Source: Octopus sinensis (taxonomy: Eukaryota). From it: 64,000 bases of DNA. The notes below the pieces were generated by a model that saw only the letters and a list, made by a program, of their open reading frames with translations, was not told where the DNA came from and searched no databases. Each line of letters opens with the position of its first letter. Within the stretch, counting starts at the first letter, position 1. The stretch covers positions 186,744,001 to 186,808,000 of the forward strand of contig NC_042998.1 of assembly GCF_006345805.1 (NCBI RefSeq), given 5' to 3'. Position numbers and translations under genes: made by a program. Positions 1 through 13,456 of this stretch are shown piece after piece.

Positions 1-3
1 ACA

Positions 4-225
4 TACGCGGATGTGCTGAAAAGTTCCTGGCTCTGGATAAGAGAAAATACAGTGGGATCAGTTAATTATTATTTTATTCAACATATTTCCCTCTCAGATC
101 CTCATACTTATTACAGTGGTCTTTCAGTTTTTTATAAGTCATGTAAAAGAACTCGGAAGATTGAACCTCCAACCAGGCTTTTTACGATACCCTTAAAGTC
201 AGGAACCTTTCAGTACCCTCTCGCA
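4..225. mobile_element. Mariner-derived MITE
   Basis: Imperfect TIRs TACGCGGATGTGCTGAAAAGTTCCTGGCT and AGTCAGGAACCTTTCAGTACCCTCTCGCA. They resemble the left end of the mariner at 3743. No transposase. Confidence 0.7.
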
Positions 226-299
226 TAAGCATATATAGGATACAATCTTTCATAGACACAGCGGTTACAGTAGGAATTCAAATACTTTAACGTCAAAAT

Positions 300-1200
300 C
301 TGTCATGGCGTCTTTTGTATCAGCGTTGCGCCAATTTTGGGCATTCGCTAACGATGTGCCACACAGTTTCACCCCTGTCACCACACATTCTGCATTTGTC
401 ACTGTCGATAGTGTTGTCAATTCTGCACTTCACATACTTGGTCCTTAATGCTTGTTCTTAAGCTGCGCATTTGAGTGTTTCTGTCACCATCTTCAGGTCA
501 CTTCTTATCCATACCCACCAGTACTCTGTATCTGTCTTGGCGTTCACATCTCTTGCAAACTGACCGTGCATTTTTCCCTTCCATGCATTTTCTTTTTTAT
601 GTGTTCGTTTCTTCTTTAAATTTTTCTTTCATTACACAATTTTCAGTTTGACGATGCCGACCTTCTTCGTAAGTTTCAACAATGGCACCACAGCATTTTT
701 TAAACACCACCCTAAGATGTTTTCCTCTGCTTCGATACAGTCCTGGCAACTGATCAAACCTCACACACCCTTTCTTCTAGACAAGTACAGCCTGTCGGTA
801 TCACTCTTCCGGTGGAAGGCTCCGTGTACTGTCACCATTTTTCTGGGATTGCTATTCATTTTCATTACTTCTCTCACTCTCTTTTGCCATTTTACAAATC
901 CTGCTCCATACCGAAGGAATGCTTTCGTCCACGTATTAACTGGATTTTATTCCGTTCGGACAATTTTGAGTGGACACCAACCTTAGTCTTCGGAAATATT
1001 CCATCCTAAGCTGCTCTTTTAATTCCTTCTCCATTATCTCGTTGAACCAAGGTATTTGTGGCCTTCCGTTTCAATTTATTTAATCAAGTCTCCATTCGGG
1101 AATTAAATCCCTTCTTGGGACAGTACCTTGCCTCTTTTTAGGTAGATTATTCCGCACTTCTTGAGTCCCAATTCCATTCTAAAATCAGCACTCGCACTCT
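300..1200 (-). mobile_element. Degenerate R4/Dong-clade non-LTR retrotransposon fragment (post-RT to zinc-knuckle region)
   Basis: Minus-strand translation gives ETLKCAA*EQALRTKYVK and DRLYLSRKGC motifs typical of R4/Dong ORFs. It contains stops and abuts (TTA)n at 1211-1265. Confidence 0.7.
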
Positions 1201-1209
1201 TGAGTCCAA

Positions 1210-1267
<58 letters not shown>

Positions 1268-1299
1268 CTGATAGGATTTATGTGGGTAGCGGATTACTA

Positions 1300-1740
1300 C
1301 CTGTTACCTTAGGTATCCACAAGTTTTCAACAGTCTTTTTTCAACAGTCTTTCAAGTGCTTAGAACCCCCCCCCCCCGATAATCCTTGCTGTCCCTTAGA
1401 GACAAACTTTCTGCAGGAGCTCTAACGGGCATTCAATTCTAATCTTCTTCAATCATTTGTCCATATCTTTGCTTATTGTTCCAACGTACCAGTTATTACA
1501 GGCACGACCTTTTCTGTTCTTTTGCTCCAAGTTCTTCTTATTTCAAATTTCAAAGGACTGTATTTTCTTTTTCTTTCTTTTTTGTTGTTTCTCGTCCTCT
1601 TTCTTTACGATCCTGGAATCAAACGGACATGATGGGTCGATCAGTAAGTAACTTCGTTTTTCCTTATCTATAATTGTTATGTCCGGTCTATTATTTTCGG
1701 CCATTGGTATCGACTTACTCCCTTCCTTCAAAATTGTTGA
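1300..1740 (-). mobile_element. R4/Dong LINE 3' fragment (restriction-like endonuclease domain)
   Basis: ORF 1543-1776 reads NRPDITIIDKEKRSYLLIDPSCPFD...KEDEK (PD..D RLE motif). Flanked by TAA-type repeats. Confidence 0.75.
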
Positions 1741-1829
1741 TCTTGTGCTTAAATCAGATATGATAATTATTATCATTATTGATTTATTATTTCAGTTTGT
1801 GAGGAATAATCGATTTTAAAAAAATCCTT

Positions 1830-2055
1830 CCCTAGTCACATAGACTCATAAGGCTGGTTTCCGTGACGTATATATATCTCTGTCTGGATAGGACGCAAGT
1901 CCGTCTCAGGAATACTTATTTTGGCCAGCTGAGTGGACTGAAGTAATGTGAAATGAAGTGTTTTGCTCAAGAACACAACGCATCACCCGGTCCAGGAATC
2001 GAAACCACAATCTTACGATCATGAGACCAACACGGTAACCACTAAGCCACATGCA
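1830..2055 (-). mobile_element. tRNA-derived SINE, family D
   Basis: Minus-strand head GTGGCTTAGTGGTTA...GGTTTCGATTCC (A/B boxes) and a TTGAGCAAAACACTTCATTTCAC core shared with 47830-48090 and 56855-57082. Confidence 0.7.
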
Positions 2056-2099
2056 CATCGATTAGACCTAACTTTAATATTTTCTTTCTTTCTTTCTTT

Positions 2100-2301
2100 T
2101 ACTTTCTTTTACTTGTTTCAGTCATTTGACTGCGGCCATGCTGAAGCACCGCCTTTAGTCGAGCAAATCGACCCCAGGACATATTCTTTGGAAGCCTAGT
2201 ACTTATTCTATTGGTTTCTTTTGCCGAACCGTTAAGTTACGGGGACGTAAACACACCAGCATCGGTTGTCAAGCGATGTTGGGAGGGGACAAACAGACAC
2301 A

Positions 2302-2361
<60 letters not shown>

Positions 2362-2502
2362 CACACGTATATACGATGGGCTTCTTTCAGTTTCTGTCTA
2401 CCAAATCCACTCACAAGGCTTTGGTCGGCCCAAGGCTATAGTAGAAGACACTTGCCCAAGGTGCCATGCAGTGGGACTGAACCCGGAACCATGTGGTTCG
2501 TA
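2100..2502 (-). mobile_element. tRNA-derived SINE, family A (CORE-like, internal (TA)n(TG)n)
   Basis: Closely matches the copies at 10460, 57943 and 62030. Contains the CORE-like motif CACCTTGGGCAAGTG. Confidence 0.85.
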
Positions 2503-3009
2503 TAGTTATTTTTCTAACAGATAACCGTAGAATGCCATTCGAGTTGACATTCCACTGAAGTTTGCTTTACCTTTTCATCCTTTTACAGTTGATAAAATTA
2601 GTCTATGGTTCATTAGCGGATGAATAATTTTACTAACAGTACTAATGTTTTTAGAAAGGACATGCACTTAACTACTATTTTTTTCGCCTTTTTATCATAC
2701 AAATTAAATGCTTGTACTATTTCAAGCGATCATTATTACTGGAAATAATGACCATTAATTCTCATTTAAAATCTGTCACGCCTAGAAAAAAAACCCAATT
2801 AATTTTTTTGATGAATTAGGACACTCTTTAATTAGTGAATACTTTATTAATTTGGGGTTTGACGTCTTTTGGGAAGGGATGGGTTTTGGCCTAAAAGTTC
2901 TATACGGATACAATGTCTGCAAAATAGTCTTCTAACAATTCCATGGATTAATGGAACTTATAGGTTCTACAGTGGAGACTTACTTCTGTATGCATTTATG
3001 CATACAGAT

Positions 3010-3190
3010 GTGTATGTGTGTGTGTGTATGTATGTATGTATGTATGTATGTATGTATGTATGTATGTATGTATGTATGAATGCATGCATGCATGTATATA
3101 TGTATGTATGCATGTATGTATGTATGTATGTATGTATGTATGTATGTATGTATGTATGTATGTATGTATGAATGCATGCATGCATGCATG

Positions 3191-3224
<34 letters not shown>

Positions 3225-3260
3225 TGTATGTATGTATGTATGTATGTATGTATGTATGTA
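3010..3260. repeat. (TATG)n microsatellite with a duplicated interruption
   Basis: Tandem TATG with an AATGCATGCATG interruption present twice. Confidence 0.95.
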
Positions 3261-3742
3261 TCAGTGGTTACCGATGATGTTGACTTGTTCTTCTTTTCGG
3301 ATTATGGCTGTTGTTGCTTAGTGAGTGGGATTGACTCAGTGCATAGCCTTTCCTCACTTCAAAAAAAATCTTCTTGTACAGGCATTGCACGATAACAACC
3401 TTGTTCATGATTGTTGATGGTGCTGTGAGTCTCAACTGAATGGCTGGCTGTAGCCTTAAAAAGCAAATAAAAGTCACATTCGATCTCAGCACCAATAACA
3501 GTTAAGCTTCGTGCAATGGCCATACTCGATAACGAGGGGGCAGCCATCATGTATGTATGTACGTATGTATAATTGTACAATATATAAAACGGTTAGAAAT
3601 GATTAAATAACAGTGAATACTGGAAGTAGAATTATGATAAAGCAAATTAAGGATGGTGCTGAATAAATTCAAGAATAGGTTTATCTTTTGAATCATCGGA
3701 AACAGTCCTCTTTCTGAAGATTCGACAAATGAAACTGCAGTA

Positions 3743-4830
3743 CTGAAAGGTGTACTGAAAAGTTCATAGGATGACTATAGAGGAGTGATGCTAGAGCTGT
3801 GAAATCTAGCATGCGTTAATTTCAACTCTTTTATTAATAATTGCATTATTTCTTTCCGGGTAAACTGACATCTGACGGTTCAAAGAACACTTCAGAAGTA
3901 ACTAGTAGCGACTTCTTTTGAAAATCGACGAAACTTGGCATTGTGCTGTAACTGCAGAAAAAAGGCAAGACATTCATGCTGTGCTATATTAGGGGAGGAT
4001 GCTCCAGCTTTATCAACTGTGCAAAAGTGGGCAGCTGTATTTAGGAAGGGAAGGGAGAGCCTTGAAGATGACTCAAGGTCTGGACGTCCTGTAACTGTCA
4101 CCACCAAGGAAAAAATCGATTGCATTCATCACATGCTGAGGAATGGCAAGGGATTGACTATAAATCAATTAGCCAATGTTATTAGTATATCCCATGAGAG
4201 AATTGAGAATATTCTGCCTAATGAACTTGGCATGACGAAGTTTTCTGCTCGGAGGGTGGGGATGCCACGTCTTCTGACACCCGATCAAAAGCGTGCCAGG
4301 TTGATCACATCGTGGGAAAATCTGACATGGTTTGAGGCAGACCCAGCAGGTTTCTTTGAAAGTTTCGTAACCCAGGACGAGTGTTGGCGTCATCGCTTTA
4401 AGCCAGAAATAAAGAGACAATCCATGCAATAGAAATACCCATTCTCACCTGCACGAGAGTTGTTTCATCTGCAGGGAAGGTGATCGACTCAGTTTTCTGG
4501 GATGCAAAAGGCATTGTGTTAATTGACTATCTTCAGAAGGACCACGCCATCAATGGAGAGTACTATACCAACATGCTGAGGTAGCCACGAAAGGCTATCA
4601 AGATCAAACGCCCAAGAAAACTGACGAAAGGGGTCTTGTGTCATCAGGAAAATGCTCCAGGACACAAGTCTTTGGTTTCAATGGCTGATGTGCGTGAAAG
4701 TGGTTTTGAATTGGTTGATCATACTCCCTGTTCTCCTGACTGGCCCCACCCGACTATCATCTGTTTCCCGACATGAAAAACCTCTTGGCTGAGAAGCAGT
4801 ATCGCAGCGAAGATGACATCATATCTATTC
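3743..4830 (+). mobile_element. Mariner (DD34D-type) transposon, degenerate and 3'-truncated
   Basis: Left TIR follows a TA. ORF 3935-4432 has the HTH (STVQKWAAVFRKGRESLEDDSRSGRP), a WVPRLL-like VGMPRLLT and VTQDECW. Frameshifted remnants FWDAKGIVLIDY, HQENAP and SPD..PDYHLF follow. Confidence 0.9.
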
Positions 4831-5409
4831 GTATTTCACTCTTAGCTATTATTCGAACCTAAAGTCTATTTTGTATTCAGGCGAGTTATTGATTATGCTC
4901 AAGCTCATTTTTTACATCACTGCATTTTAAATGACTTAGGTAATCATTAATTAATCAATGGCATAAATATTGGCTTCAAATTTTGGCACAAGTCCAGCAA
5001 TTTCCGTTGAGAAACCTAGTCAATTATATCGACGCCAATTCTCAAATGGTACTTATTTTACCGATTCCGAAAGGACAAAAAGTAATGTTGATCACGGCGG
5101 TATTTGAACCCAGAACAGACGATATGCCACTAAGAATTTTGCCCGGTGCGCTGACGATTCTGCCATTTCGCCACTTTGTAGTCAGCGACATAAATATTAA
5201 ATCAGAAGGCTTTCGGACGAAATGCATTGCAGTTATTGAATACATTTTTTTAGATTCTGAACTCAATTCCTACCGAGCCCAGCTTTTCTTATCATCCTTT
5301 CAAGATTTCAGTAAATATATTGAAAATCAAATACTGAGATCGATTAAATCAACTGTTACCACTCTGAAAATGTGTGGTGTTGTGACTAAGTCGTTATTAT
5401 AAAGCGGGA

Positions 5410-5975
5410 AAAGGTGGTGAGCTGGCAGAAACGTTAGCACGCCGGGCGAAATGCTTTGCGGTATTTCGTCTGCCGCTACGTTCTGAGTTCAAATTCCGCC
5501 GAGGTCGACTTTGCCTTTCTGGGTCGATTAAATAAGTACCAGTTACGCACTGGGGTCGATATAATCAACTTAATCCGTTTGTCTGTCCTTGTTTGTCCTC
5601 TGTGTGTTTAGCCTCTTGTGGTTAGTAACGAATTAGGTATTTTCTGTCGTAACGTTCTGAGTTCAAATTCCGCCGAGGTCGACTTTGCCTTTCATCCTTT
5701 CGGGGTCGATAAATTAAGTACCAGTTACGCACTGGAGTCGATGTAATCGACTTAATCCGTTTGTCTGTCCTTGTCTGTCCCCTCTATGTTTAGCCCCTTG
5801 TGGGCAATAAAGAAGCAAGAATCATTAGCACGCTGAACAAAATGCTTTAGTAGCACTTCGTACGTTCTGAGTTCAAATTCCTCCGAGGTTGACTTTGCTT
5901 TACATCCTTTCGAAGTCGCTAAAACAAGTGCAATAAGATGGGAACTTGGGTCGATGTATTCGGCTTGGCCCCTCA
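5410..5975 (+). mobile_element. tRNA-derived SINE family B, tandem multimer
   Basis: Unit GGCGAGCTGGCAGAAACGTTAGC...GAGTTCAAATTCCGCCGAGGTCGACTTTGCC... repeated about 3 times, later copies lacking most of the head. Confidence 0.85.
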
Positions 5976-6635
5976 TTCGACAGTTAAATACTTTAAATGA
6001 ATATTTCTTTATAATACTTTTGAGTGGTTTCAATTTGCTATCGTTTTGATTCCACGGAGATTAAAGCCAAGTCATATGTTTATCTAAACGTAACATTGTT
6101 GCTAGTTAATAGTACTTTTGTTTAAACGTTATTTGAAATTTGCTTGATTATTTTGGCTTATAACATCTGACCTTAATACAACAGAAAATTGCATTAAATA
6201 CACATGGAATACTAAAATGAATGTAATCATACCACATCATATAAACGCTACACATGCAACATTGTGCCCGTGCGGTTACGGGTAAGAAGTTTGTTCGTAA
6301 CTGCGTGGCACTAGGTTCAATCGCACAAAGCGTAAACTTTATTCTAGTTTACTCTAGCTTAGCTTCGAGCTAATCAATATTTTGACCGTGGAATTTTAAC
6401 TACCGGTAATTATATGCAGGTCTTTCATGCACGCGTACGTGCACTGTCACAAATCACTCGATGTTGTTCACTGCAGTTTAGTTAAAGACAGATAAGGTCT
6501 GTCCTGAGTTGACTCTCTTAGGTTTTTCCCATTGATAATAGCTAAAGAACTAGAAGCATCGATGTCTGGGAATCCAACAGGGTGTGACACCGGTCAGATA
6601 TAGTGTTACAAACGTATCTTAACTAACCTAAAGTT

Positions 6636-6681
<46 letters not shown>

Positions 6682-6727
6682 GTTGCCAATTGATTTGAAA
6701 ATTTTTGTATTAATGGAAAACCTCTAT

Positions 6728-6818
6728 AATTGGCTGATGAGTACTCAGCATCTTAAATCTGTTGTAATACTTACAACATTTAATAAAATGATGTAGTACG
6801 AAACGATCGTACCAAATT
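6728..6818 (+). ncRNA. Type I hammerhead ribozyme with extended helix II
   Basis: CUGAUGA 6734-6740; helix II GUACU/AGUAC (6741-6745/6795-6799); GAAA 6800-6803; palindromic helix III ACGAUCGU; GUA cleavage after 6811; helix I UUGG/CCAA. Confidence 0.85.
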
Positions 6819-6998
6819 ACCGGAGTCATTCTTGCTGCTTTATATATATATATATATATATATATAACATTCATCATAGAACACACACTCAAATTTGAGT
6901 CAACGACTTTATATATAACACTATACCACCAAACATTTGATCATATATAAATATTACCATAGCTCTTAAACGTATAAATCATACATACATATATATAT

Positions 6999-7035
<37 letters not shown>

Positions 7036-7356
7036 TTAGTCGATTGTCTAGACAATCGACTAAAAATTCTAAAGCGTGTCATGCTACTAAAAATCTAAAT
7101 AAAATAAAATATCAATAGACTAAAAAAATTTCCTTACTCCCTTCAAACAAAAAAGTACGTCAAAAAGATTAATTTCATAAAACCATTTCATAAAACCATG
7201 GCATATATAGTGTTTACCGTCTGTGTTTCTTTTTTTTCTTTTTATTTCTGTCTCAATTTCATTTGAGCACTTCTTTTTTGCAGTCCTATAAATCCCTTTG
7301 TTTCCATAAAAAGAGACAAAAGTATTTCTTGTCACACACACACACACACACAGACA

Positions 7357-7434
<78 letters not shown>

Positions 7435-7567
7435 TTAATCAGCCGAAATTACTACGATGATCCGGTTCTTGACTGAAGACTGAGGGGTTCGAATGTCCTG
7501 TCCATGTTTATTGTGTCGTCTTCTAAGAGTTATACGTTCGTGTCCATGTTGTATTTTTCTACATACC

Positions 7568-7611
<44 letters not shown>

Positions 7612-8661
7612 CATACATATATACGTATATACGTGATATCCCATTGCGAACAGTTAATAGAATGACACACCCACACGGACACACACGCACACAGACGGGC
7701 GGACACGCGCACAACCCCCACCCCCCACCCATACCCCCTTCCACACAATATAAAAGTTGTCAAATTTCAGGACCTTACACTGTTTCCAGTTATTTGATCT
7801 CATTAGCTGCGTTTGTTCTTTACCCAAAGCGGTGGCTTTTCTTACACTTCTAGTTGATGTCGATTTGCTGGCCTGCTGAGAAGTGTCAGCGTTTTTATGC
7901 AAAATATTGATTTTATTCCTTAATATCGTCCAAGAGAAGACCACCGAATATGACCTTGACGTTGATGAACTATATGCAAAATGTAGAGAGATGATAAAAG
8001 CATGATGAATAAATAATAAAGATGACGGGGTATTTTCCATAAACTGTTTGAGTGGTTGTGTCGATTGGAAAATGAACTGTTGTCCTTCATTTAAACTTCT
8101 AAATAGACTCTGTGGTGGTGGTGGTGGTTGTGTGAAGTGATAACATTTTTGATTTAAAAAAAGGCATTAAAAAAGACCTTCATGAAATATGCAAAATAAT
8201 AATTATCAATGACTAGTATAATTAATTACATTTCTTTGATTTTCTGATGAGACTAAGATAAAACCAGACCACGCTCGTAGTTGTTCCTGTGTACTTGCTG
8301 ACAAAAATGAATATTGCATTATTATTGGGCTTACTTTTACCATCATACACATACAAAGATGGCCTCTAAATAGTCGCTCAATGTGCAATAGATAACAACC
8401 AAAGTCATTTCTCTCTTGATATTTTTTAATGCACCAGACATAAGGAGACACTTACTTAACTTGTAGTTTCCATATGGACGTCTGTGGGAGATCTTTCTTT
8501 CTAATTTCTGCCATTGGTTCTGAATGTCTTGTTTCTACAAGTCTTCAATTTCCTTCTTGCTATTTCCCCCATTTTACTCCGACATAACTTGACTAACTTC
8601 CTCACGTAAAACTCCGAGTAGTTATGCAGTAAGACATCAACAAAGCACAAGTAAACTCTAC

Positions 8662-8733
<72 letters not shown>

Positions 8734-8900
8734 ATATTATATATATATATATATATATATTGGATCCTTTTTTTCTCGTTTGCATTTCTAAATGTGAATG
8801 AGTATGTATGTGAGTGCTAGTAAATACACGCACACACACGCACGCACGCGCGCACGCACGCATGCGCACACGCACACGCACGATCACGCACGCACGCACA

Positions 8901-8941
<41 letters not shown>

Positions 8942-9238
8942 CTGCAGCATAGTCGCAGTCAAATGCCTGAAATAAGTAAAAGAAGAAAAGAAGAAAAGAA
9001 CATATACATCTACATACATATATATATATATGTGTGTGTGTGTGTAATATATGAATATATGCATATATACATACATATATGTACATACCTACATATATAT
9101 GTATATATAGATGCATATATGGGTACAGGACATAAAAAAAATGAGACAGAATGAGAAACGAGAACATACAACATAAAGAACATTCCCTTCATCAGTTGTC
9201 CCCTGTTTTTTTTACTCCGCGTTTCGAATATATATATA

Positions 9239-9302
<64 letters not shown>

Positions 9303-9754
9303 CAATGATTCATTCACGCAAAAGTTTCTACTAAATACGCTGATAATGTATAAAGTTACTTAGTTTTACAGAAGGAATAAATTGAAGTAAGCCAATAGTT
9401 TTATTATTCTGTAAATCTGTGTGCGTACACAAGTTCGAAAGAATGTAATATATTGATATATACTAAAGATTACAGGGTCTACAAGAAATATTCATATATG
9501 CATAATTTTTCAAAAAGGCATATGATTATATATAATGATTATTCTAACCTATTTATTCGTACTAATATAAAGATTATTCATTGTAAATAACAAGTAAAAA
9601 CCACAAATTTACTTAGTTTATCAGAGGAAAATACCACCGTAAATCAATGTTTATATATTTATACATTCATTGCTTACGGAAAAATAACCGGAAATACGTA
9701 CTTACAATAGAAATGATTTTAATCACGATAGGGCCTTTTGTGAAAATATTCATG

Positions 9755-9825
<71 letters not shown>

Positions 9826-10247
9826 GCATTCAATTTATATACTTATAATCATAATACCGATGATAGCATAATTAAAACTTACCTTAAAATTAACTACAAA
9901 TATAGTGATATAGTTTACTTTTAAGACATATTTTATGGTACTTAATACTAAATTGATAAATCAATGCTCTGAAATATTATAGATATTCTCATTAATATAC
10001 TAACTTTGAAGCTACAAACCTTTCAGGTAAAATAAAAGAAAATACTTATAAATTTTGCTTCAAGCTACAAACCATTCAGTTTGAATTTTAAAAATACCTA
10101 CAAATCGTTCAGTATAATAACAGAATTTGGCCTCAAATACAATTACGTTAAGTAATGTTGTCATATTTTAAAGTCTGGGAACATATCACAAGGGAAAAAA
10201 ATTTGTTTACGTCCTCTTGCATAACTTCAAAATTTTACCACAACCTG

Positions 10248-10321
<74 letters not shown>

Positions 10322-10459
10322 TATGCATATTTATATATAGGAAATGACAAAAACTTTATACACAACATCTTTTCATTTATATTGCAGTTGATTAATTCCA
10401 AAGTGTATAATTGCAGTTAAATTATTTTAAAATACATTATTTAAAATACATTAAAATAC

Positions 10460-10625
10460 AGGCGCAGGAGTGGCTGTGTGGTAAGTAGCTTGTTTACCAA
10501 CCACATGGTTCCGGGTTCAGTCCCACTGCGTGGCACCTTGGGCAAGTGTCTTCTACTATAGTCTCGGGCCGACCAAAGCCTTGTGAGTGGATTTGGTAGA
10601 CGGAAACTGAAAGAGCCCCGTCGTA

Positions 10626-10708
<83 letters not shown>

Positions 10709-10920
10709 TTGTGTGTCTGTGTTTGTCCCCCTAGCATTGCTTGACAACCGATGCTGGTGTGTATATGTCCCCGTCACATAGCGGTTCGGCAAAAGAGACC
10801 GATAGAATAAGTACTGGGCTTACAGAGAATAAGTCCCGGGGTCGAGTTGCTCGATTAAAGCCGGTGCTCCAGCATGGCCGCAGTCAAATGACTGAAACAA
10901 GTAAAAGAGTAAAAAGAGTA
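10460..10920 (+). mobile_element. SINE family A, full length
   Basis: Head AGGCGCAGGAGTGGCTGTGTGGTAAG...GGTTCAGTCCC, internal (TA)n(TG)n, tail ...GAAACAAGTAAAAGAGT. Confidence 0.9.
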
Positions 10921-11330
10921 TTACATATTCCGAAATATCATATCATATCCAACATGTATTACTACACTCAAATTATTTCAAGATTACGGAATACAAACTA
11001 TATTTTTTACATTCAGATAATTTCCAAATACACAATTACATACTCGAGAGTCCATAATTACAAAATGCATAATGAAATTTTTCAGAGTACCTTAATACAA
11101 ACCGGTTTCACTTCCTACAGAAGCTTACCAAGCTGCCAACTTTCGAATAACCAACTAGCAACAACATTAATACTATCAACATTATGGCAGTGTATGTAAC
11201 TACATATGTGGTATGTCAACACAAGGGTATGTATGTGTATGAGAATACAATATAGAGTTTGGGGGTCAAATCAGAAGTGCAAGAGATGAAGTGCTGAAGA
11301 ATCTTGTAACCCATTAACTAACTTATCATA

Positions 11331-12870
11331 CAGTACTTTCTGTTACTTCATTCTTTTACATTCTCATCTTCTCATTTCCATTCTTACAGTCATAGGAATA
11401 AGACAGCAATTTTTTATTCCCACAGAACAGTTCATTTTTGCTACATATTTTTGCAGATAATTGTTGACCTCTGTTGCTGTTGATTTACCTAAGATTCAAG
11501 ATGTCTGGCAAAAGAGCTATCAAATGGAACTGAAGGCAGGAGTATGAAAAGGAACAATGACACGATTATTCTGGATATTAAATTTGACAACTTAAAAAAG
11601 GTTTGTGATGCGAGAGAAATATGTAGCAATAAAGAGAAAACTAAGTCAAGTGCTCGAGAAAAATACGAAACAATAAAGAGAAAATTAAGTCAAGAAGTTA
11701 TTCCTAAATGCTCAGATTTAATTTTTTTCACAAATGCTTAAAGTGGGATGGATCTTGGATGTATAGGTCAAGGATCAGATGTAATGACCCGATAAACACA
11801 AAGCATAATGATAATTTTAAAAAGTCGAAAGTTTGTAAGACAATTTGCAGAGAAAGGAAGATGAAACTCCTTTTCTAAAGAAAATTATTTTCTGGTTGTG
11901 AAAGCTGATTTGGAGGGTTTAAGAAGCGTTTCAATTTACATAATATGGTGAAGTTAATAGAGCTGATACAAAGACTATTAAGCATCCTACGAAACTGAAG
12001 ATAATGATTGCTGAAAAGGGATATTCACCAGAACAGTTATACAATATTGATGCAGCTACACTTTCCTATAAGCTCATGATGCTAGAACTCTTATTTCAAG
12101 GATTTAATTCAAAATCAGCATTTAAAGCTTCCCCAAAAACATCTTACCTTTCTTGGAGGTGGAAATGCTGCTAGTGGTACGAAAGTAAACTCTTTATTCG
12201 TGTAACGCTCCGAAAATTTAAAAAATTCGGGTGTTACGTAAAGGCCTAATTTGTCTCTAAATTTTGGCGCTCAAATACAAATGCATGTGTGATTAAGAGA
12301 CTTTTCCAAGAGTAGTTTGCAAACATATTTTTGTCCTGCTGTAGAAAGGCATAGTGCCAGACAAGACATTTCCAACAAAGTATTGTTCGTTTTAGACAAT
12401 TCACTAAGCCACCTTGTGAATTTAAATGAGCTTCATGATAATGTGAGAGTAAAATCTATCCTCAGGAATATAATTTCTTTGCCCCAGCCAATGGATAAAG
12501 GTGTGATAGCTAACTTGAATGCATAATCTGAGGACATTTTATGAAAACAATTGACAAGGAGAAGAAACCTACACTTAGACAGTTAGAAGTTCGGCTTAAT
12601 GGATGCAGTAGATAACGATATCTGAGTCACATGGAACAGTACAACGCTCAACTTAGAATGGCGCTTTGAAAAATATAGGGACAAGTTATATCTTAGGTAA
12701 ATTAACAGCAACAGAGGTCAACAATTATCTGCAAAAAATATGTGGCAAAAATAGAAAGCACCAGGAATGAACTGTTCTGTGGGAACAAAAAATTGCTGTC
12801 TTATTCCTATGACTGTAAGAATGGAAATGAGAAGATGAGAATGTAAAAGAAAGAAGTGAGAGGAAGTACA
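11331..12870 (+). mobile_element. pogo/Tigger-like transposon remnant between long inverted repeats
   Basis: ORF 12317-12526 reads VLFVLDNSLSH...PQPMDKGVIANL (DDE_1-like). An EQLYNIDA remnant lies near 12030. About 160-bp inverted repeats at 11333-11495 and 12690-12869. Confidence 0.75.
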
Positions 12871-13446
12871 TCAAATTCGGAAAGAGATTGGGACACTTGC
12901 AAATGATGTGTTTGAAGAAATCATGAGGATGACGTGGTTGAGTTGCTAGTGTCCCAGAAAGAAAGTTGATCAGACGAGGACCTGCTGCTGTTTGAATAGA
13001 ACCAAACTGAGAATACAGATGAGAAGACAGAAATTTCACCAACTCATTCCAGTCTATCACTAGTGCATACATTATCAATCCCGGAGAGATGAAATACAAA
13101 GTTGAATCCTGTGAGATTTGAACACAAAATATTTTCTAATACAAGGCACTAGGCTGGCAATGTGAAGAAACAGGTCGGCGTATTAAATCAACCTCAATAC
13201 CTCTCAGCAGTTTATAAAGCATTGTTGACTTTGGTGGAATTTGAACACAAAGTGTAAAGCGCCTGAACAAATAATATTACAAGAAATTTTGTCGCACGAT
13301 TTGACAATAACTGCCCTCAAAACATAAACGGACCTAATTAACTAAAGGCGTTTCGGCAAGTATTCTATGAATCCTTCCATCAATGACAGTGAAGGCGAAT
13401 TAAAATAGAACTAAACCATAACATTAATGACACTAAAATAACTAAT

Positions 13447-13453
13447 AAAAAAA
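13447..13453 (-). terminator. Pol III oligo(T) terminator of the tRNA gene
   Basis: T7 run 3 nt downstream of the tRNA discriminator base. Confidence 0.85.
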
Positions 13454-13456
13454 CTT

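Noticed and set aside
2869-3395. Long low-complexity ORFs (MYVC, IYLS, HTHT, poly-I/M/S/N, here and throughout)
   Set aside because: They are translations of microsatellites that lack stop codons in some frames.
7436-7562. CTGAAGA in a short repeat-like unit between microsatellites
   Set aside because: Followed by GAAT rather than GAAA, with no helix I.
7760-7812. Hammerhead-like CUAAUGA...GAAACAGUGUA on the minus strand
   Set aside because: Core is mutated and there is no helix I or II pairing. At best a decayed relic.
8240-8275. CTGATGAG motif
   Set aside because: No downstream paired stem or GAAA.
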